Shown one piece after another: positions 36,035 through 46,921 of a DNA stretch of 64,000 nt (position 1 is the stretch's first letter; each line of letters begins with the position of its first letter). This DNA comes from an uncultured delta proteobacterium (GTDB lineage Bacteria; Desulfobacterota; Binatia; Binatales; Binataceae), in assembly GCA_963794325.1 (NCBI GenBank), contig CAWCDG010000004.1, positions 741,345-805,344 on the forward strand, given 5' to 3'. Position numbers and translations under genes: made by a program. The notes under the pieces were generated by a model. That model was given only the letters and a program-made list of their open reading frames with translations, made no database searches and had not been told where the DNA came from.

Positions 36035-37473
36035 GCGCGTCGAACATCGTGAACCTCGACGCGGTTGCGCTCGCGCACGCGATCAAAAAGAAACAGGTTT
36101 CGTGCGTCGAGGTGATGAACGCTTATCTCGATCAGATCGAGCGCTTGAATCCTCAGGTCAACGCGATCGTCTCGATTCAACCGCGCGAACGTTTGATCGA
36201 GCAGGCGAAGGATCGCGATTCGCAACTCGCGCGCGACGAGTATCTCGGCTGGATGCACGGCTTTCCGCACGCGGTGAAAGACCTCGAGCCGACGAAGGGA
36301 ATCCGTACGACCAAGGGATCGCCGCTCTTCAAAAATTTCTTCGCGCGCGACGACTCGATCCTGGTCGAGCGAATCCGCAGCGCAGGTGGGATCATCATCG
36401 GCAAGACCAACGTGCCGGAGTTCGGGCTCGGCTCTCAAACTTACAATCCGGTCTTCGGCACGACGCTCAACGCGTACGATCAATCGAAGACCTGCGGCGG
36501 CAGCAGTGGTGGCGCCGCGGTCGCGGTCGCGCTTCGAATGGTTCCGGTCGCCGACGGCAGTGACAACGGCGGCTCGCTGCGCAATCCCGCGGCCTGGAAC
36601 AATGTCTTCGGATTCCGCACCTCAGTCGGCCGGGTGCCGTCGCAGTTCTACGAAGTTTTTATACCGTCGATTTCGGTGCACGGCCCGATGGCGCGGACGG
36701 TGCCGGATCTTGCGATGTTGCTATCCGTGATTGCCGGATACGACCCGCGCACGCCGCTTTCGATTCGCCAGGATCCGGCCGAGTTCGCAGGGCCGCTCGA
36801 ACGCGACTTCAAGGGCGCGCGCATCGGATGGATCGGAGACTTCGGCGGCCAAATCCCCTTCGATCCTGGCGTGCTCGAACTCTGCGAGAGGTCGCTCAGG
36901 GTTTTCGAAACTCTCGGATGTAGCGTGGAAACCGCGACGCTCGACTACCCAATCGAGCCCGTGTGGCAGAGTTGGCTGACGCTGCGCGGCTGGCAAATCG
37001 CCGCTGAGTTCCGTGCGATTTATCCCGACCCTGCTCAACGCGCTCTGATGAAACCCGAGCTGCAGTGGGAAATCGAAAACGGCCTGAAGACGACGGCGAT
37101 GGAAGTCGCGAACGCGTCGCGGGTGCGCACGGCGCGGTACCAAGCGGTGCTCAGATTCTTCGAGAAGTACGATTTCATGATCGCGCCCGCCGGCCAGGTC
37201 TTCCCGTTCGACGCGACCATCCATTGGCCCAAAGAAGTCGGCGGCGTCGCGATGGATACCTACCATCGCTGGATGCAAGTGATGATTCCGATCTCGATGT
37301 CAGGTTGCCCAGCGCTCAGCGTTCCCGCCGGCTTCAACGAAAGCGGCTTGCCGATGGGAATCCAAATCGTAGGCCCAAATCACTCCGAGATGGCATGCAT
37401 GCAACTCGCGCACGCGTACGACCAAGCGACCAACTGGGCAACAAAGCGACCGCCGCCGCTATTGGCGAGGTGA
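36031..37473 (+). CDS. Amidase (amidase-signature family)
   Basis: GTG 36031 overlaps the upstream stop (GTGA). It reads HAVKDLEPTKGIRTTKGS...GKTNVPEFG...CGGSSGGAAVAVA. The track ORF start at 35827 is an upstream extension inside the kinase gene. Confidence 0.85.
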   Translation: MSASNIVNLDAVALAHAIKKKQVSCVEVMNAYLDQIERLNPQVNAIVSIQPRERLIEQAKDRDSQLARDEYLGWMHGFPHAVKDLEPTKGIRTTKGSPLFKNFFARDDSILVERIRSAGGIIIGKTNVPEFGLGSQTYNPVFGTTLNAYDQSKTCGGSSGGAAVAVALRMVPVADGSDNGGSLRNPAAWNNVFGFRTSVGRVPSQFYEVFIPSISVHGPMARTVPDLAMLLSVIAGYDPRTPLSIRQDPAEFAGPLERDFKGARIGWIGDFGGQIPFDPGVLELCERSLRVFETLGCSVETATLDYPIEPVWQSWLTLRGWQIAAEFRAIYPDPAQRALMKPELQWEIENGLKTTAMEVANASRVRTARYQAVLRFFEKYDFMIAPAGQVFPFDATIHWPKEVGGVAMDTYHRWMQVMIPISMSGCPALSVPAGFNESGLPMGIQIVGPNHSEMACMQLAHAYDQATNWATKRPPPLLAR

Positions 37474-37495
37474 ATCTTTCTTTGCGGATTTTCGC

Positions 37496-37936
37496 ATGAA
37501 GAACGCCGGGCTAACTTCTTCCAAGAGCGCGCTCGTGACCTTCCTTTTGGGATTACTGTCATGTGGCTGGACGATGATCGTCGGTCCAGTCGCGCTCACT
37601 AGAGGGTACGTGTCGTTTCCGAGTTTCTTCGCCGTCGCATTTACGCCTTTCATGCTGTCGACTTATGCAGTCGTCGTTCTGTCAGGATCGAGGTCCTGGT
37701 ACGGATCGATGATTGGAGACAAGCAACAGTCGCTCGACCGTTTCCGCCGATACATGCTCATTTGGGTTCTGGGAGCTGCACTGGTAGGACTTGCCTTTTC
37801 CGTTTTTCATCTGCTTACTTCCGACGAGTCGTCCCAAACGATCCACATGTACGCGAGTGCAGGATTTCTGCTCATGGTTTTAGTTTCGCTCTGGGCTCCA
37901 AAGTTCGGAGTACTGCGGCAAAGGGTAGGTGAATAG
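37496..37936 (+). CDS. Hypothetical four-TM membrane protein
   Basis: The 146-aa protein has four hydrophobic helices. GC is lower than in the neighbours. I recognise no motif. Confidence 0.4.
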   Translation: MKNAGLTSSKSALVTFLLGLLSCGWTMIVGPVALTRGYVSFPSFFAVAFTPFMLSTYAVVVLSGSRSWYGSMIGDKQQSLDRFRRYMLIWVLGAALVGLAFSVFHLLTSDESSQTIHMYASAGFLLMVLVSLWAPKFGVLRQRVGE

Positions 37937-40900
37937 TCAGTCGGCGGCGTGCGATTCGGACGGCGCAGGTGTTGGGCGCCCCAGCGCTCGGCGCCACAAC
38001 CCCGACCATCCCGTGCTCAGCCGGTCCATGTACAGATAGATTACCGGCGTTGTGTAGAGCGTCAGCACCTGGCTTACCAGCAGGCCGCCGACGATCGCGA
38101 TGCCGAGTGGGCGGCGCATTTCGGATCCGGTGCCGTTGCCGAGCGCGAGTGGCAGGCCGCCGAGCAGCGCCGCCGCCGTGGTCATCATGATCGGACGGAA
38201 GCGCAGCACGCATGCCTGGTAGATCGCATCGTGCGGCGATTTCCCGTCGCCGCGTTGAGCCTCGAGCGCGAAGTCGATCATCATGATGGCGTTTTTCTTC
38301 ACGATGCCTATCAGCAGGATGATGCCGATAAGCGCGATCACGCTCAGCTCGATATGGAAAAGGAGCAGCGCGACAATTGCGCCGACCCCGGCCGACGGCA
38401 GGGTCGAGAGAATCGTGATCGGATGGATGTAACTCTCGTAGAGAATGCCGAGCACGATATACACCGCGAACAGCGCGAAGGCTATCAGGAAGCCCTCGTT
38501 CTTGAGCGAGTCCTGGAACGCTTGCGCAGTGCCCTGGAATGTCCCGCGGATGCCGGCGGGCATTTTGATCTGCGCCTCGGCCTGTGTGATTGCATCCACC
38601 GCTTCGCCAAGCGCGACGCCCGGCGCGAGGTTGAACGAGATCGTCACCGACGGAAACTGACCCTGGTGGTTGACTGCCAGCGCGGTCTGATCGTTCGCGA
38701 AGTGCGTGAAGGTGCCGAGCCTTACCAGCCCGCCAGTGCTCGAGCGGACGTAGATCAGGTCGAGCGAGGCGGGGTTCTGCCAGAACTGCGGCGCGACTTC
38801 CATCACGACGTGGTACTGATTCAGCGGCGTATACATCGTGGACACTTGCCGCTGCCCGAACGCGTCGTAGAGCGTGTCGTCGATCGCCTGCTGCGACAGT
38901 CCGAGTCGCGAAGCGGTGTCGCGATCGACGATGACGTTGGCTTCGAGGCCACTGTTCTGCTGGTCGCTGCTCACGTCGGCGAGAATTTTGACGGTGCGCA
39001 ATTTCTTGAGCACCTTCGGCGCCCACGTATTGAGTTCCTTGAGGTCGTCGCTCTGAATCGTGAACTGGTATTGCGCGTTGCTGCCTCTGCCGCCGATTCG
39101 CAAATCCTGAACGGCCTGCAGATACAGGTTGACGCCCGCGATGTGCGCGACTTCCTTGCGGATGCGCCCGATAACCAAGTCCGCATTGATCTTGCGCTCG
39201 CTCAAGGGCTTCAGGCCGATATACATGTTCGCAGTGTTGGTCGCGCCGTTGCCGCCGGTGAACGCGATGACGTTGTCCACCGCAGGATCTTTGTCGATAA
39301 CCCCGACCAGTTGGGCAAGGCGATCATGCATCGCCTGGAACGAAGTATCCTGGTCAGCCTGCACTGCGCCCATCAGGCGGCCAGTGTCCTGCTGCGGGAA
39401 AAATCCCTTGGGCACCACCGTGAACAGAAAAATGCTCAACGCGAGCGTGCCGAGCGCGACCATCAGAGTGAGCGGCTGATGGTCGAGAACCCACAACAGG
39501 CTGCTTTCGTAGTGATCGAGCATGCCTTTGAAAAATCGCTCGCTCACGACGTACCAGCGGTTATGTTTCTCCTCGCCATGCGGTTTAAGCAGGTGCGCGG
39601 CCATCATCGGAGTCGTGGTTAGCGAAATCACCAACGAGACGAGTACGGCGGCCGACAGAGTGACCGCGAACTCGCGGAACAGCCGGCCGACGATCCCCGA
39701 CATCAGCAAAATCGGAATGAAGACCGCGATCAGCGAGACGCTGATCGAAACGACGGTGAAGCCGATTCCCGCCGCGCCTTTTATCGCGGCTTCGAACGGC
39801 GCCATTCCCTGTTCGCGGTAGCGCGAAATGTTTTCGATCACGACAATCGCGTCGTCGACCACGAAGCCGGTGCAAATCGTCAGCGCCATCAGCGACAGAT
39901 TGTCCAGGCTGTAGCCGAACAGGTACATCACGCCGAACGTTCCAATGAGCGAAAGCGGAACAACGACTCCAGGAATCAACGTGGCGCGGATGTTACGCAG
40001 GAACAGGAACACCACCATGATGACCAGCGCGATCGAAATCAGCAGCGTCAGTTCGACGTCGTGCACCGACGCACGGATGGTGGTCGTGCGGTCCATGACC
40101 ACCGTGAGCTTGATCGCGGGCGAGATCGAGGCGTGCAATTGCGGCATCGCCGCGTAAACGCGATCGACAGTATCGATGATGTTCGCGCCGGGCTGGCGGA
40201 ATACGATGATCAACACCGCCTGCTTACCGTCAACCATCCCCGCCGCGCGCACGTTCTCGACCGAATCCCTGACCCATGCGATGTCCGAAAGCCGCACCGC
40301 TGACCCGTTTTGATAGCGAACGATGAGCGGCCGGTAGTCTTCGGCCTTGAGCAGCTGGTCGGTCGTGCTCAGCCCCCACGTCTGTGTGTCGTCCGCCAGT
40401 TCGCCCTTGGGTCGGTTCGCGTTGGCGTTAGCAAGAACGGTGCGCACGTCTTCGAGACCGACGCCCAGATTGCTCATCTGCGTCGGGTTCAGCTCGACCC
40501 GGACTCCGGGGAGCGCGCTTCCGCCGACGCTGACCTGGCCGACGCCTTCGATTTGCGAAAGCTTCTGCTCGAGGATCGAATCAGCCGCATCGTACATCAT
40601 TCCCGGCCGCACGGCGTCCGAGGTCAGCGCCAGAATCAGAATCGGCGCGTCGGCGGGATTAACCTTTTTATAGGTCGGCTTGCTCGGCAGATTCGAGGGC
40701 AGTTGCCCGGCTGCCGCATTTATAGCGGCCTGTACATCGCGCGCAGCGGCGTCGATATTACGATTCAAGTCGAATTGCAAAACGATGCTGGTGGCGCCGA
40801 GATAGCTGGTCGAGGTCAGTTCCGTCAGACCCGCGATACGGCCGAACTGGCGCTCGAGCGGAGTCGCCACCGACGACGCCATCGTCTCCGGACTTCCCCC

Positions 40901-41056
40901 CGGTAAATTCGCCTGCACCTGGATCGTCGGGAACTCGACCTGTGGCAACGGCGAAACCGGCAGCAGCCGAAACGCGATCGCTCCCGATAGGGCGAGCGCG
41001 ATCGTCAGTAGCGTGGTCGCAACCGGCTTTCTTATAAATGGCTCGGAAATGCTCAT
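37937..41056 (-). CDS. mdtC: RND multidrug efflux permease, MdtC-like
   Basis: The N-terminus [17 protein letters not shown]...[11 protein letters not shown]...[22 protein letters not shown]...[10 protein letters not shown] is close to E. coli MdtC as I recall it. The ATG overlaps the upstream stop (ATGA). Confidence 0.85.
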   Translation of the reverse strand: MSISEPFIRKPVATTLLTIALALSGAIAFRLLPVSPLPQVEFPTIQVQANLPGGSPETMASSVATPLERQFGRIAGLTELTSTSYLGATSIVLQFDLNRNIDAAARDVQAAINAAAGQLPSNLPSKPTYKKVNPADAPILILALTSDAVRPGMMYDAADSILEQKLSQIEGVGQVSVGGSALPGVRVELNPTQMSNLGVGLEDVRTVLANANANRPKGELADDTQTWGLSTTDQLLKAEDYRPLIVRYQNGSAVRLSDIAWVRDSVENVRAAGMVDGKQAVLIIVFRQPGANIIDTVDRVYAAMPQLHASISPAIKLTVVMDRTTTIRASVHDVELTLLISIALVIMVVFLFLRNIRATLIPGVVVPLSLIGTFGVMYLFGYSLDNLSLMALTICTGFVVDDAIVVIENISRYREQGMAPFEAAIKGAAGIGFTVVSISVSLIAVFIPILLMSGIVGRLFREFAVTLSAAVLVSLVISLTTTPMMAAHLLKPHGEEKHNRWYVVSERFFKGMLDHYESSLLWVLDHQPLTLMVALGTLALSIFLFTVVPKGFFPQQDTGRLMGAVQADQDTSFQAMHDRLAQLVGVIDKDPAVDNVIAFTGGNGATNTANMYIGLKPLSERKINADLVIGRIRKEVAHIAGVNLYLQAVQDLRIGGRGSNAQYQFTIQSDDLKELNTWAPKVLKKLRTVKILADVSSDQQNSGLEANVIVDRDTASRLGLSQQAIDDTLYDAFGQRQVSTMYTPLNQYHVVMEVAPQFWQNPASLDLIYVRSSTGGLVRLGTFTHFANDQTALAVNHQGQFPSVTISFNLAPGVALGEAVDAITQAEAQIKMPAGIRGTFQGTAQAFQDSLKNEGFLIAFALFAVYIVLGILYESYIHPITILSTLPSAGVGAIVALLLFHIELSVIALIGIILLIGIVKKNAIMMIDFALEAQRGDGKSPHDAIYQACVLRFRPIMMTTAAALLGGLPLALGNGTGSEMRRPLGIAIVGGLLVSQVLTLYTTPVIYLYMDRLSTGWSGLWRRALGRPTPAPSESHAAD

Positions 41057-44000
41057 GACGCTTGAGCTGGAACGGTTCTCGCCACATCCTTCGCCCGCCA
41101 ATTGGCAAATCGCGTCGCCATGCGGTCAAAGGTCAGGAAAATAACCGGCGTTGTGTAGAGCGTCAGCACCTGGCTGACCAGCAGGCCGCCAACGATCGCG
41201 ATACCGAGCGGTCGGCGCAACTCGGAGCCGACCCCGGTGCCCAGCGCGAGCGGCAGGGCGCCGAGCAGCGCCGCCATCGTCGTCATCATGATCGGCCGGA
41301 AGCGCAGCAGGCAGGCCTGGTAGATCGCTTCGCGCGGCGGCTTGCCCTCCTCGCGCTGAGCTTCGAGCGCGAAGTCGATCATCATGATCGCGTTCTTCTT
41401 CACGATACCTATCAGCAGGATGATGCCGATGAGGGCGATCACGCTTAGATCCTGACCGCAGATCATCAACGCCAGAATCGCGCCTACGCCCGCCGACGGC
41501 AACGTCGAAAGAATCGTGACCGGATGGATGTAACTCTCGTAGAGCACGCCCAGCACGATGTACACGGTGATGAGCGCGGCGAGTATCAGTATCGGCTCGT
41601 TGCTCAGCGACGCGCGGAAGGCTGCCGCCGTCCCCTGGAACGAAGCCTCGATGCTCGCCGGCATTCCGATTTGCTGGCGCGCATTGTCGATCGCGGTGAC
41701 CGCGTCACCCAGCGAATATCCCGGCGCCAGATCGAACGAGATCGTCACCGCCGGGAACTGACCTTCATGATTGACGGCCAGCGGCGCCGCACCCGGCTCG
41801 AAATGGGTGAAGGCGCTGAGCGGCACCTCGCCGCCGGTGTTCGATCGAATATAAATGTCGTCGAGCGCGTGCGGATTGCGCTGAAACCGCGGCGCAACTT
41901 CGAGCACCACGTGATACTGGTTCAGTTGCGTGAACATCGTCGACACCTGCCGCTGCCCGAACGCGTCGTACAGCGTGTTGTCGATCAGGTTCGGCGTGAT
42001 ACCCAGCCGCGACGCCGTCAGTCGATCGATTACGACGTGCTCTTCCCATCCGTCGTTTTGCTGATCGGTCGCAACGTTGCGCAGCGCGGGAATCGTCTTA
42101 AGCCTGGTGACCAGCTTGTTGGTCCAGAGGTTCAGCTCGTCGCTACTCGGATCTTCCAGGCTGTACTGATACTGCGTGCGGCTCACGCGATCTTCGACCG
42201 TGAGATCCTGCACCGGCTGCAAGTACAGCGTCATCCCGTTAACCGTCGCCAGCTTCGGCGCGAGGCGGTTGATCACCGTGGTGATATCGACCTTGCGCAC
42301 GTCAAGCGGCTTCAAGTTGATCAGTATGCGTCCGCTGTTGACGGTAGTGTTGGTGCCGTCGATTCCGACGAACGACGACAAGCTCTCGACCGCCGGGTCC
42401 TGCAAGATAATTCGCGCCAAGGCCTGCTGGCCGCGCGCCATCGCGGCGAACGAAACATTCTGCGGCGCTTCGGAAACGCCTTGAATCACTCCGGTATCCT
42501 GCACCGGAAAAAATCCCTTGGGCACCACGATGTAGAGCACGATGGTCAGCACCAGCGTCCCGATCGCGACCATCAGCGTTTCCCATTCGTGCTCGAGCAC
42601 CCATTCGAGCGTGCGGCCGTAAAACGCGATCGTGTCGTTGAAGACTTTTTCCGACCTGCGATAGAACCAGGTCTGCTCAGCTTCAGGTGTATGCCGCAGC
42701 AGTTTCGCGCTCATCATCGGCGTCAGCGTCAGCGAGACCACCGCGGACATCAGGATCGTCACTGCCAGGGTGACCGCGAATTCGCGGAACAGCCGGCCCA
42801 CGATGTCGCCCATGAACAACAGCGGAATCAGCACCGCGATCAGCGAGACGGTCAGCGACAGGATCGTGAAACCGATCTGCTCGGAGCCCTTGAGCGCGGC
42901 CTGAAGCGGCGGGTCGCCTTCCTCGATGAAGCGCGAGATGTTTTCGATCATCACGATCGCGTCGTCAACCACGAAGCCGGTCGAGATCGTCAGCGCCATC
43001 AACGACAGGTTGTCCAGGCTGTAGCCAAGCAGGTACATCACGCCGAACGTGCCGATCAGCGACAGCGGCACCGCGATGCTCGGGATGATCGTCGCCGACA
43101 GGCTGCGCAGAAACAGGAAGATGACCATCACGACCAGCGCCACCGTGAGCATCAGCTCGAACTGCACGTCCTGTACCGACGCGCGAATCGTGGTGGTGCG
43201 ATCGGTGAGAATCTGCACCTTAACCGACGCCGGCAGCGAGGCCTGCAAGCGCGGCATCAGTGCCTTGATGCGGTCCACGACGGCGATGATATTTGCGCCC
43301 GGCTGCCGCTGGACGTTGACGATCACCGCTGGGGTCAGGTCCATCCACGCCGCCGCCTTGACGTTCTCGGCGTCATCGACCGCATCGGCAACATCGGAAA
43401 GCTTGATCGGCGCACCGTTATGGTAAGCGACGACTAGCGGCAGGTAATCCTTGGCGGTGAGCAGTTGGTCGTTGGCGCCAATTGTGTACGCCTGCTGCTT
43501 GCCGTCGAAGTTGCCCTTTGCTTCGTTGACGTTGGCGCTGGCGATAGCGGTGCGCAGGTCTTCGAGCGTCATCCCGTACGACGCGAGCGAAGTGGGATTG
43601 GCCTGGATGCGCACCGAAGGCTTCTGCCCGCCGCCAATACTCACCAGCCCGACGCCGGGCAGTTGCGATATCTTCTGGGCCAGCCGCGTGTCCGCGAGAT
43701 CTTCCACCTGGTCCAGCGGTAGTTCCTTCGAGGTCAGCGCGAGCGTGAGTATCGGCGCATCGGCCGGATTGGTCTTGCTGTAAACTGGTGGATTCGGGAG
43801 ATCGGTCGGCAGGTAGGTGGCCGCCGCATTAATCGCCGCCTGCACCTCCTGCTCTGCAATATCGATGTTCAAGTTGAGATCGAATTGCAGCGTGATGACC
43901 GAAGCGCCGAACGAACTGTTCGACGTCATTTGCGTGAGTCCGGGAACCTGTCCGAATTGCCGCTCGAGCGGCGCCGTCACCGACGATGCCATCACGTCCG

Positions 44001-44166
44001 GACTTCCGCCGGGGTAAAACGTCATCACCTGGATCGTCGGATAGTCCACCTGCGGCAACGCCGACACCGGGAGTTGTTCGTACGCGACGAGGCCCGCGAG
44101 CATCAGCCCGACCATCAACAAGGACGTCGCGACCGGCCGCAGTATGAACGGGCGCGAAAGATTCAA
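41053..44166 (-). CDS. mdtB: RND multidrug efflux permease, MdtB-like
   Basis: The N-terminus reads [18 protein letters not shown]...[41 protein letters not shown]...[11 protein letters not shown]...[16 protein letters not shown], matching MdtB. The TTG start overlaps the adaptor gene's stop. Confidence 0.85.
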   Translation of the reverse strand: MNLSRPFILRPVATSLLMVGLMLAGLVAYEQLPVSALPQVDYPTIQVMTFYPGGSPDVMASSVTAPLERQFGQVPGLTQMTSNSSFGASVITLQFDLNLNIDIAEQEVQAAINAAATYLPTDLPNPPVYSKTNPADAPILTLALTSKELPLDQVEDLADTRLAQKISQLPGVGLVSIGGGQKPSVRIQANPTSLASYGMTLEDLRTAIASANVNEAKGNFDGKQQAYTIGANDQLLTAKDYLPLVVAYHNGAPIKLSDVADAVDDAENVKAAAWMDLTPAVIVNVQRQPGANIIAVVDRIKALMPRLQASLPASVKVQILTDRTTTIRASVQDVQFELMLTVALVVMVIFLFLRSLSATIIPSIAVPLSLIGTFGVMYLLGYSLDNLSLMALTISTGFVVDDAIVMIENISRFIEEGDPPLQAALKGSEQIGFTILSLTVSLIAVLIPLLFMGDIVGRLFREFAVTLAVTILMSAVVSLTLTPMMSAKLLRHTPEAEQTWFYRRSEKVFNDTIAFYGRTLEWVLEHEWETLMVAIGTLVLTIVLYIVVPKGFFPVQDTGVIQGVSEAPQNVSFAAMARGQQALARIILQDPAVESLSSFVGIDGTNTTVNSGRILINLKPLDVRKVDITTVINRLAPKLATVNGMTLYLQPVQDLTVEDRVSRTQYQYSLEDPSSDELNLWTNKLVTRLKTIPALRNVATDQQNDGWEEHVVIDRLTASRLGITPNLIDNTLYDAFGQRQVSTMFTQLNQYHVVLEVAPRFQRNPHALDDIYIRSNTGGEVPLSAFTHFEPGAAPLAVNHEGQFPAVTISFDLAPGYSLGDAVTAIDNARQQIGMPASIEASFQGTAAAFRASLSNEPILILAALITVYIVLGVLYESYIHPVTILSTLPSAGVGAILALMICGQDLSVIALIGIILLIGIVKKNAIMMIDFALEAQREEGKPPREAIYQACLLRFRPIMMTTMAALLGALPLALGTGVGSELRRPLGIAIVGGLLVSQVLTLYTTPVIFLTFDRMATRFANWRAKDVARTVPAQAS

Positions 44167-45398
44167 GGGGTCGCGCTCCCCGGCGGGATTGCCGCAGTCT
44201 GCACGCTCACATGCGATCCCTGCTGCAGCTTGTCCACCCCGTCGGTCACCACCAGGTCGTTCGCTGCAAGACCCTTGCTGATCGCAACCACGTCGCCCTG
44301 GCTTGCGCCGACCGTCACCGGGCGCATCTCGACGGTATGATCCGGCTTGACCACATAGACGAACGCGCCTTGCTGGCTGCGCTGGAGGCCGGCCGCGGGA
44401 ATCAGAATCGCGTTGGGAATCGTGTTCACCAGCAGCCGCGCGTTGACGAACTGATTGGGGAACAGCGCGTTGTCGTCGTTGGGGAAAGCCGCCTTGAGTT
44501 TGATCGTGCCGGTGGACTGATCGATCTGGTTGTCGGTCGTGAGCAGCGTTCCGGTGGCCAGCTTATGCTTCAGATCGCGATCGAAAGCCTCAACCGGCAA
44601 TTGCGGATTCGCTTTCATCGCGGTCTCGAGGTTTGGCAGGTCGTCCTCGGGAATCGCGAAGTCAACCGCGATCGGCTGCAGCTGCGTGATCACCGCCAGT
44701 CCGGTCGCATCCGTCGCGTGAATGATATTCCCCGGATCCACCAGCCGCAGCCCAACTCGCCCGGTAATCGGCGCAGTGATTCGGCTGTAAATCAGCTGAA
44801 GTTTGGCGTTATCGACCACGCCCTTATCGCTTTCGATCGAGCCAGCGAACTGCCCGACCAAAGCCTGCTGATTATCCAGGTCCTGCCGTGCAATAATCTT
44901 CTGCTGGTAGAGTTCCTTGTCGCGCGCCAGAAGAATTTTGTTGTTTTCGAGCGTCGCCAGATCCTTTGCGAGCGTTCCTTCGGCCTGCGTCAACTGCACC
45001 TGGTAGGGACGCGGATCGATCTCCGCCAGCAGGTCGCCGGCCTTGACGATTTGTCCTTCCGTGAAATTGACCTTCATGAGCTGTCCGTCGACACGGCTCT
45101 TGACGGTGACAGTATTGTAAGGCGTCACTGTCCCAATCGCCGATATGTATTGCTTCAAATCGCCGAGCTTCGCCGGCACCGCCGCCACTGGAACGATCGG
45201 ATGAGTCATGGCCGGCGCCGCCGTATCAGTGCTATTCCGTCCGGTCAGATAATAGATTCCAATCACCGCGACGATCAGCACTACTGCCCACAACCGCCAC
45301 CGCTGAGCAGCTTTGTCGATCCAGCTGGACACTTCGGCGTCCTGCATATATCTCGAGGCGCCCGGCTTTCCGGTCGTGGGGCCGTCAGAATCCATCAT
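44163..45398 (-). CDS. mdtA: RND efflux periplasmic adaptor (membrane fusion protein), MdtA-like
   Basis: It has a TM anchor ([16 protein letters not shown]), barrel-sandwich and hairpin motifs ([11 protein letters not shown]...[13 protein letters not shown]) and [11 protein letters not shown] prefer ATG 45398; the track start TTG 45419 is possible. Confidence 0.85.
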   Translation of the reverse strand: MMDSDGPTTGKPGASRYMQDAEVSSWIDKAAQRWRLWAVVLIVAVIGIYYLTGRNSTDTAAPAMTHPIVPVAAVPAKLGDLKQYISAIGTVTPYNTVTVKSRVDGQLMKVNFTEGQIVKAGDLLAEIDPRPYQVQLTQAEGTLAKDLATLENNKILLARDKELYQQKIIARQDLDNQQALVGQFAGSIESDKGVVDNAKLQLIYSRITAPITGRVGLRLVDPGNIIHATDATGLAVITQLQPIAVDFAIPEDDLPNLETAMKANPQLPVEAFDRDLKHKLATGTLLTTDNQIDQSTGTIKLKAAFPNDDNALFPNQFVNARLLVNTIPNAILIPAAGLQRSQQGAFVYVVKPDHTVEMRPVTVGASQGDVVAISKGLAANDLVVTDGVDKLQQGSHVSVQTAAIPPGSATP

Positions 45399-45457
45399 CT
45401 TCTCTCGCCTCGTCTCCAAACTGGCAAATACCGATCCTGCATCTATTCTTGCAATTT

Positions 45458-45473
45458 TGGACTGGCCAGTCCA
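45458..45473. promoter_or_regulatory. Perfect 16-bp palindrome TGGACTGGCCAGTCCA, a candidate TetR operator
   Basis: It lies in the 146-bp divergent spacer between mdtA and the TetR gene, flanked by AT-rich sequence (aatttTGGACTGGCCAGTCCAtattt). Confidence 0.5.
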
Positions 45474-45543
45474 TATTTCAAACAGGAGACGCTTGAGCGG
45501 GCCACCACGGATCTACGAATCCAATGATTGCAGGTTACCGATC

Positions 45544-46173
45544 GTGAGCGTCAAACGATTATCAGCTTCGCCGCTAATTCGCCGCAAGGAGGGCCGCGGC
45601 CGGCCCTCGACCCCGTTCCTGCGAGAACGAATTTTGCTGAGTGCCGCGGAACTCTTCGCCGAGCGCGAATTCGAGCTGGTCCTGATCGACGAAGTCGCCG
45701 CCCACGCCGGCGTCGGCAAAGGCAGCGTTTACCGCCAATTCAAATCAAAGGAAGAACTGTACGCGGCCGCGGTAATCAACGGTTTCACCGAACTGCAGCG
45801 CGAGATTCGCATGGCGCTCGGGGGATGCACCTCGATGCGCGATCAGATCGCGACAATAGTTCGGCACTCGATCAAATTTTTCTGGACCCGGCGACAGTTC
45901 TTTGCCCTGCTGCGCGACCCGAAAGCGTTGCCACCGTCGCAGGAGCGTCAGTATCGCGCTCAGCGCAATGACTTGTCACGCCTGGTGAGCGGAGTACTCG
46001 ACGAAGGCATTAAGCGCGGTGCGATACGGTCCGGCATCGACACTCGCATCGCAGCCGAAGCGCTGCTCGGCATGATGCGCGGAATGAACCGCTACGGCCG
46101 CGAGTACACGACGCCGGATCGGGCAATCGATATCGTCACGTCAATCTTCCTCGACGGATACTCCGCGCGATAA
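45544..46173 (+). CDS. TetR/AcrR-family transcriptional regulator
   Basis: GRGRPSTPFLRERILLSAAELFAEREFELVLIDEVAAHAGVGKGSVYRQFKSKEELY is a TetR HTH. I take GTG 45544. The track ORF start at 45313 overlaps the mdtA 5' end on the opposite strand and is not credible. Confidence 0.8.
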   Translation: MSVKRLSASPLIRRKEGRGRPSTPFLRERILLSAAELFAEREFELVLIDEVAAHAGVGKGSVYRQFKSKEELYAAAVINGFTELQREIRMALGGCTSMRDQIATIVRHSIKFFWTRRQFFALLRDPKALPPSQERQYRAQRNDLSRLVSGVLDEGIKRGAIRSGIDTRIAAEALLGMMRGMNRYGREYTTPDRAIDIVTSIFLDGYSAR

Positions 46174-46179
46174 CATTCG

Positions 46180-46677
46180 ATGCCGGAGGCTTCCATGCAG
46201 GATCTGATTCCCCTGGCGGAAAAAATCGCGGCGAAGCTCAAAGACCGGCGCGAGACCATCGCAGTCGCCGAATCGAGCACCGGCGGCCTCATCTCGGCGG
46301 CGCTGCTCAGCATCCCCGGCGCCTCGGCGTACTTCATCGGCGGCGCCGTCGTTTACACACTCAAAGCGCGGCGCGCGATGCTCGACGTCCCCGATTCCGC
46401 GTTCGCCGGAATCAAATCAGTCACCGAAGAAGGCGCGATGATCCTCGCGCGCGCCGCCCGCACCCGATTCGCAGTCACCTGGAGCATCGCGGAGATCGGC
46501 GCCAGCGGCCCCACCGGCAACCGCTACGGCGACGCAGCCGGCCACAGTTGCATCGCAATCGCCGGCCCCGTCGAGCGCTCTGTTACGGTGGAGACGGGCA
46601 GCAACGATCGCGTCGCCAACATGCGCACGTTCGCCGCCGCCGGGCTGAATTTGTTAATCCAAAGTATGTCGTTCTGA
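46180..46677 (+). CDS. CinA-family protein / nicotinamide-nucleotide amidohydrolase (PncC-like)
   Basis: It reads IAVAESSTGGLISAALLSIPGASAYFIGGAVVYT. Confidence 0.8.
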   Translation: MPEASMQDLIPLAEKIAAKLKDRRETIAVAESSTGGLISAALLSIPGASAYFIGGAVVYTLKARRAMLDVPDSAFAGIKSVTEEGAMILARAARTRFAVTWSIAEIGASGPTGNRYGDAAGHSCIAIAGPVERSVTVETGSNDRVANMRTFAAAGLNLLIQSMSF

Positions 46678-46918
46678 TCCTAACCTCTCCTTGTCCTAGG
46701 AGAGGTCGGCGCGAGCCGAAGGTGAGCGACGGGAGTGGTACAACGCTGGCAGTTCAGTTGCACGTAGTTGTGCTGCTGTCGGGCCGCGGAGTTAGCCTCT
46801 TTGCATTGCGATTAAATGAGTTGGCGTTGGTGCTGTGTCAGGCGTCGCACCTCACCCGGCGACACCGCTTTTTAAGCGGCTTACGCCGACCTCTCCTGGG
46901 ACAAGGAGAGGTTAGGAT
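46677..46918. repeat. MITE-like element, about 242 bp, with 35-bp terminal inverted repeats (1 mismatch)
   Basis: The left arm is atcctaacctctccttgtcctaggagaggtcggcg (46677-46711). The right arm is cgccgacctctcctgggacaaggagaggttaggat (46884-46918). The interior has further imperfect complementarity and the hairpin CCGCTTtttAAGCGG. The element occupies the whole convergent spacer between the CinA and MFS genes. Confidence 0.75.
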
Positions 46919-46921
46919 TTT

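Noticed and set aside
37949-45527. Long plus-strand ORFs (37949-39622, 41524-43437 and 44211-45527, plus many shorter ones) opposite the mdtABC-like genes.
   Set aside because: They are Arg/His/Asp-rich nonsense translations that fully overlap well-supported RND and adaptor genes, and they have no motifs.
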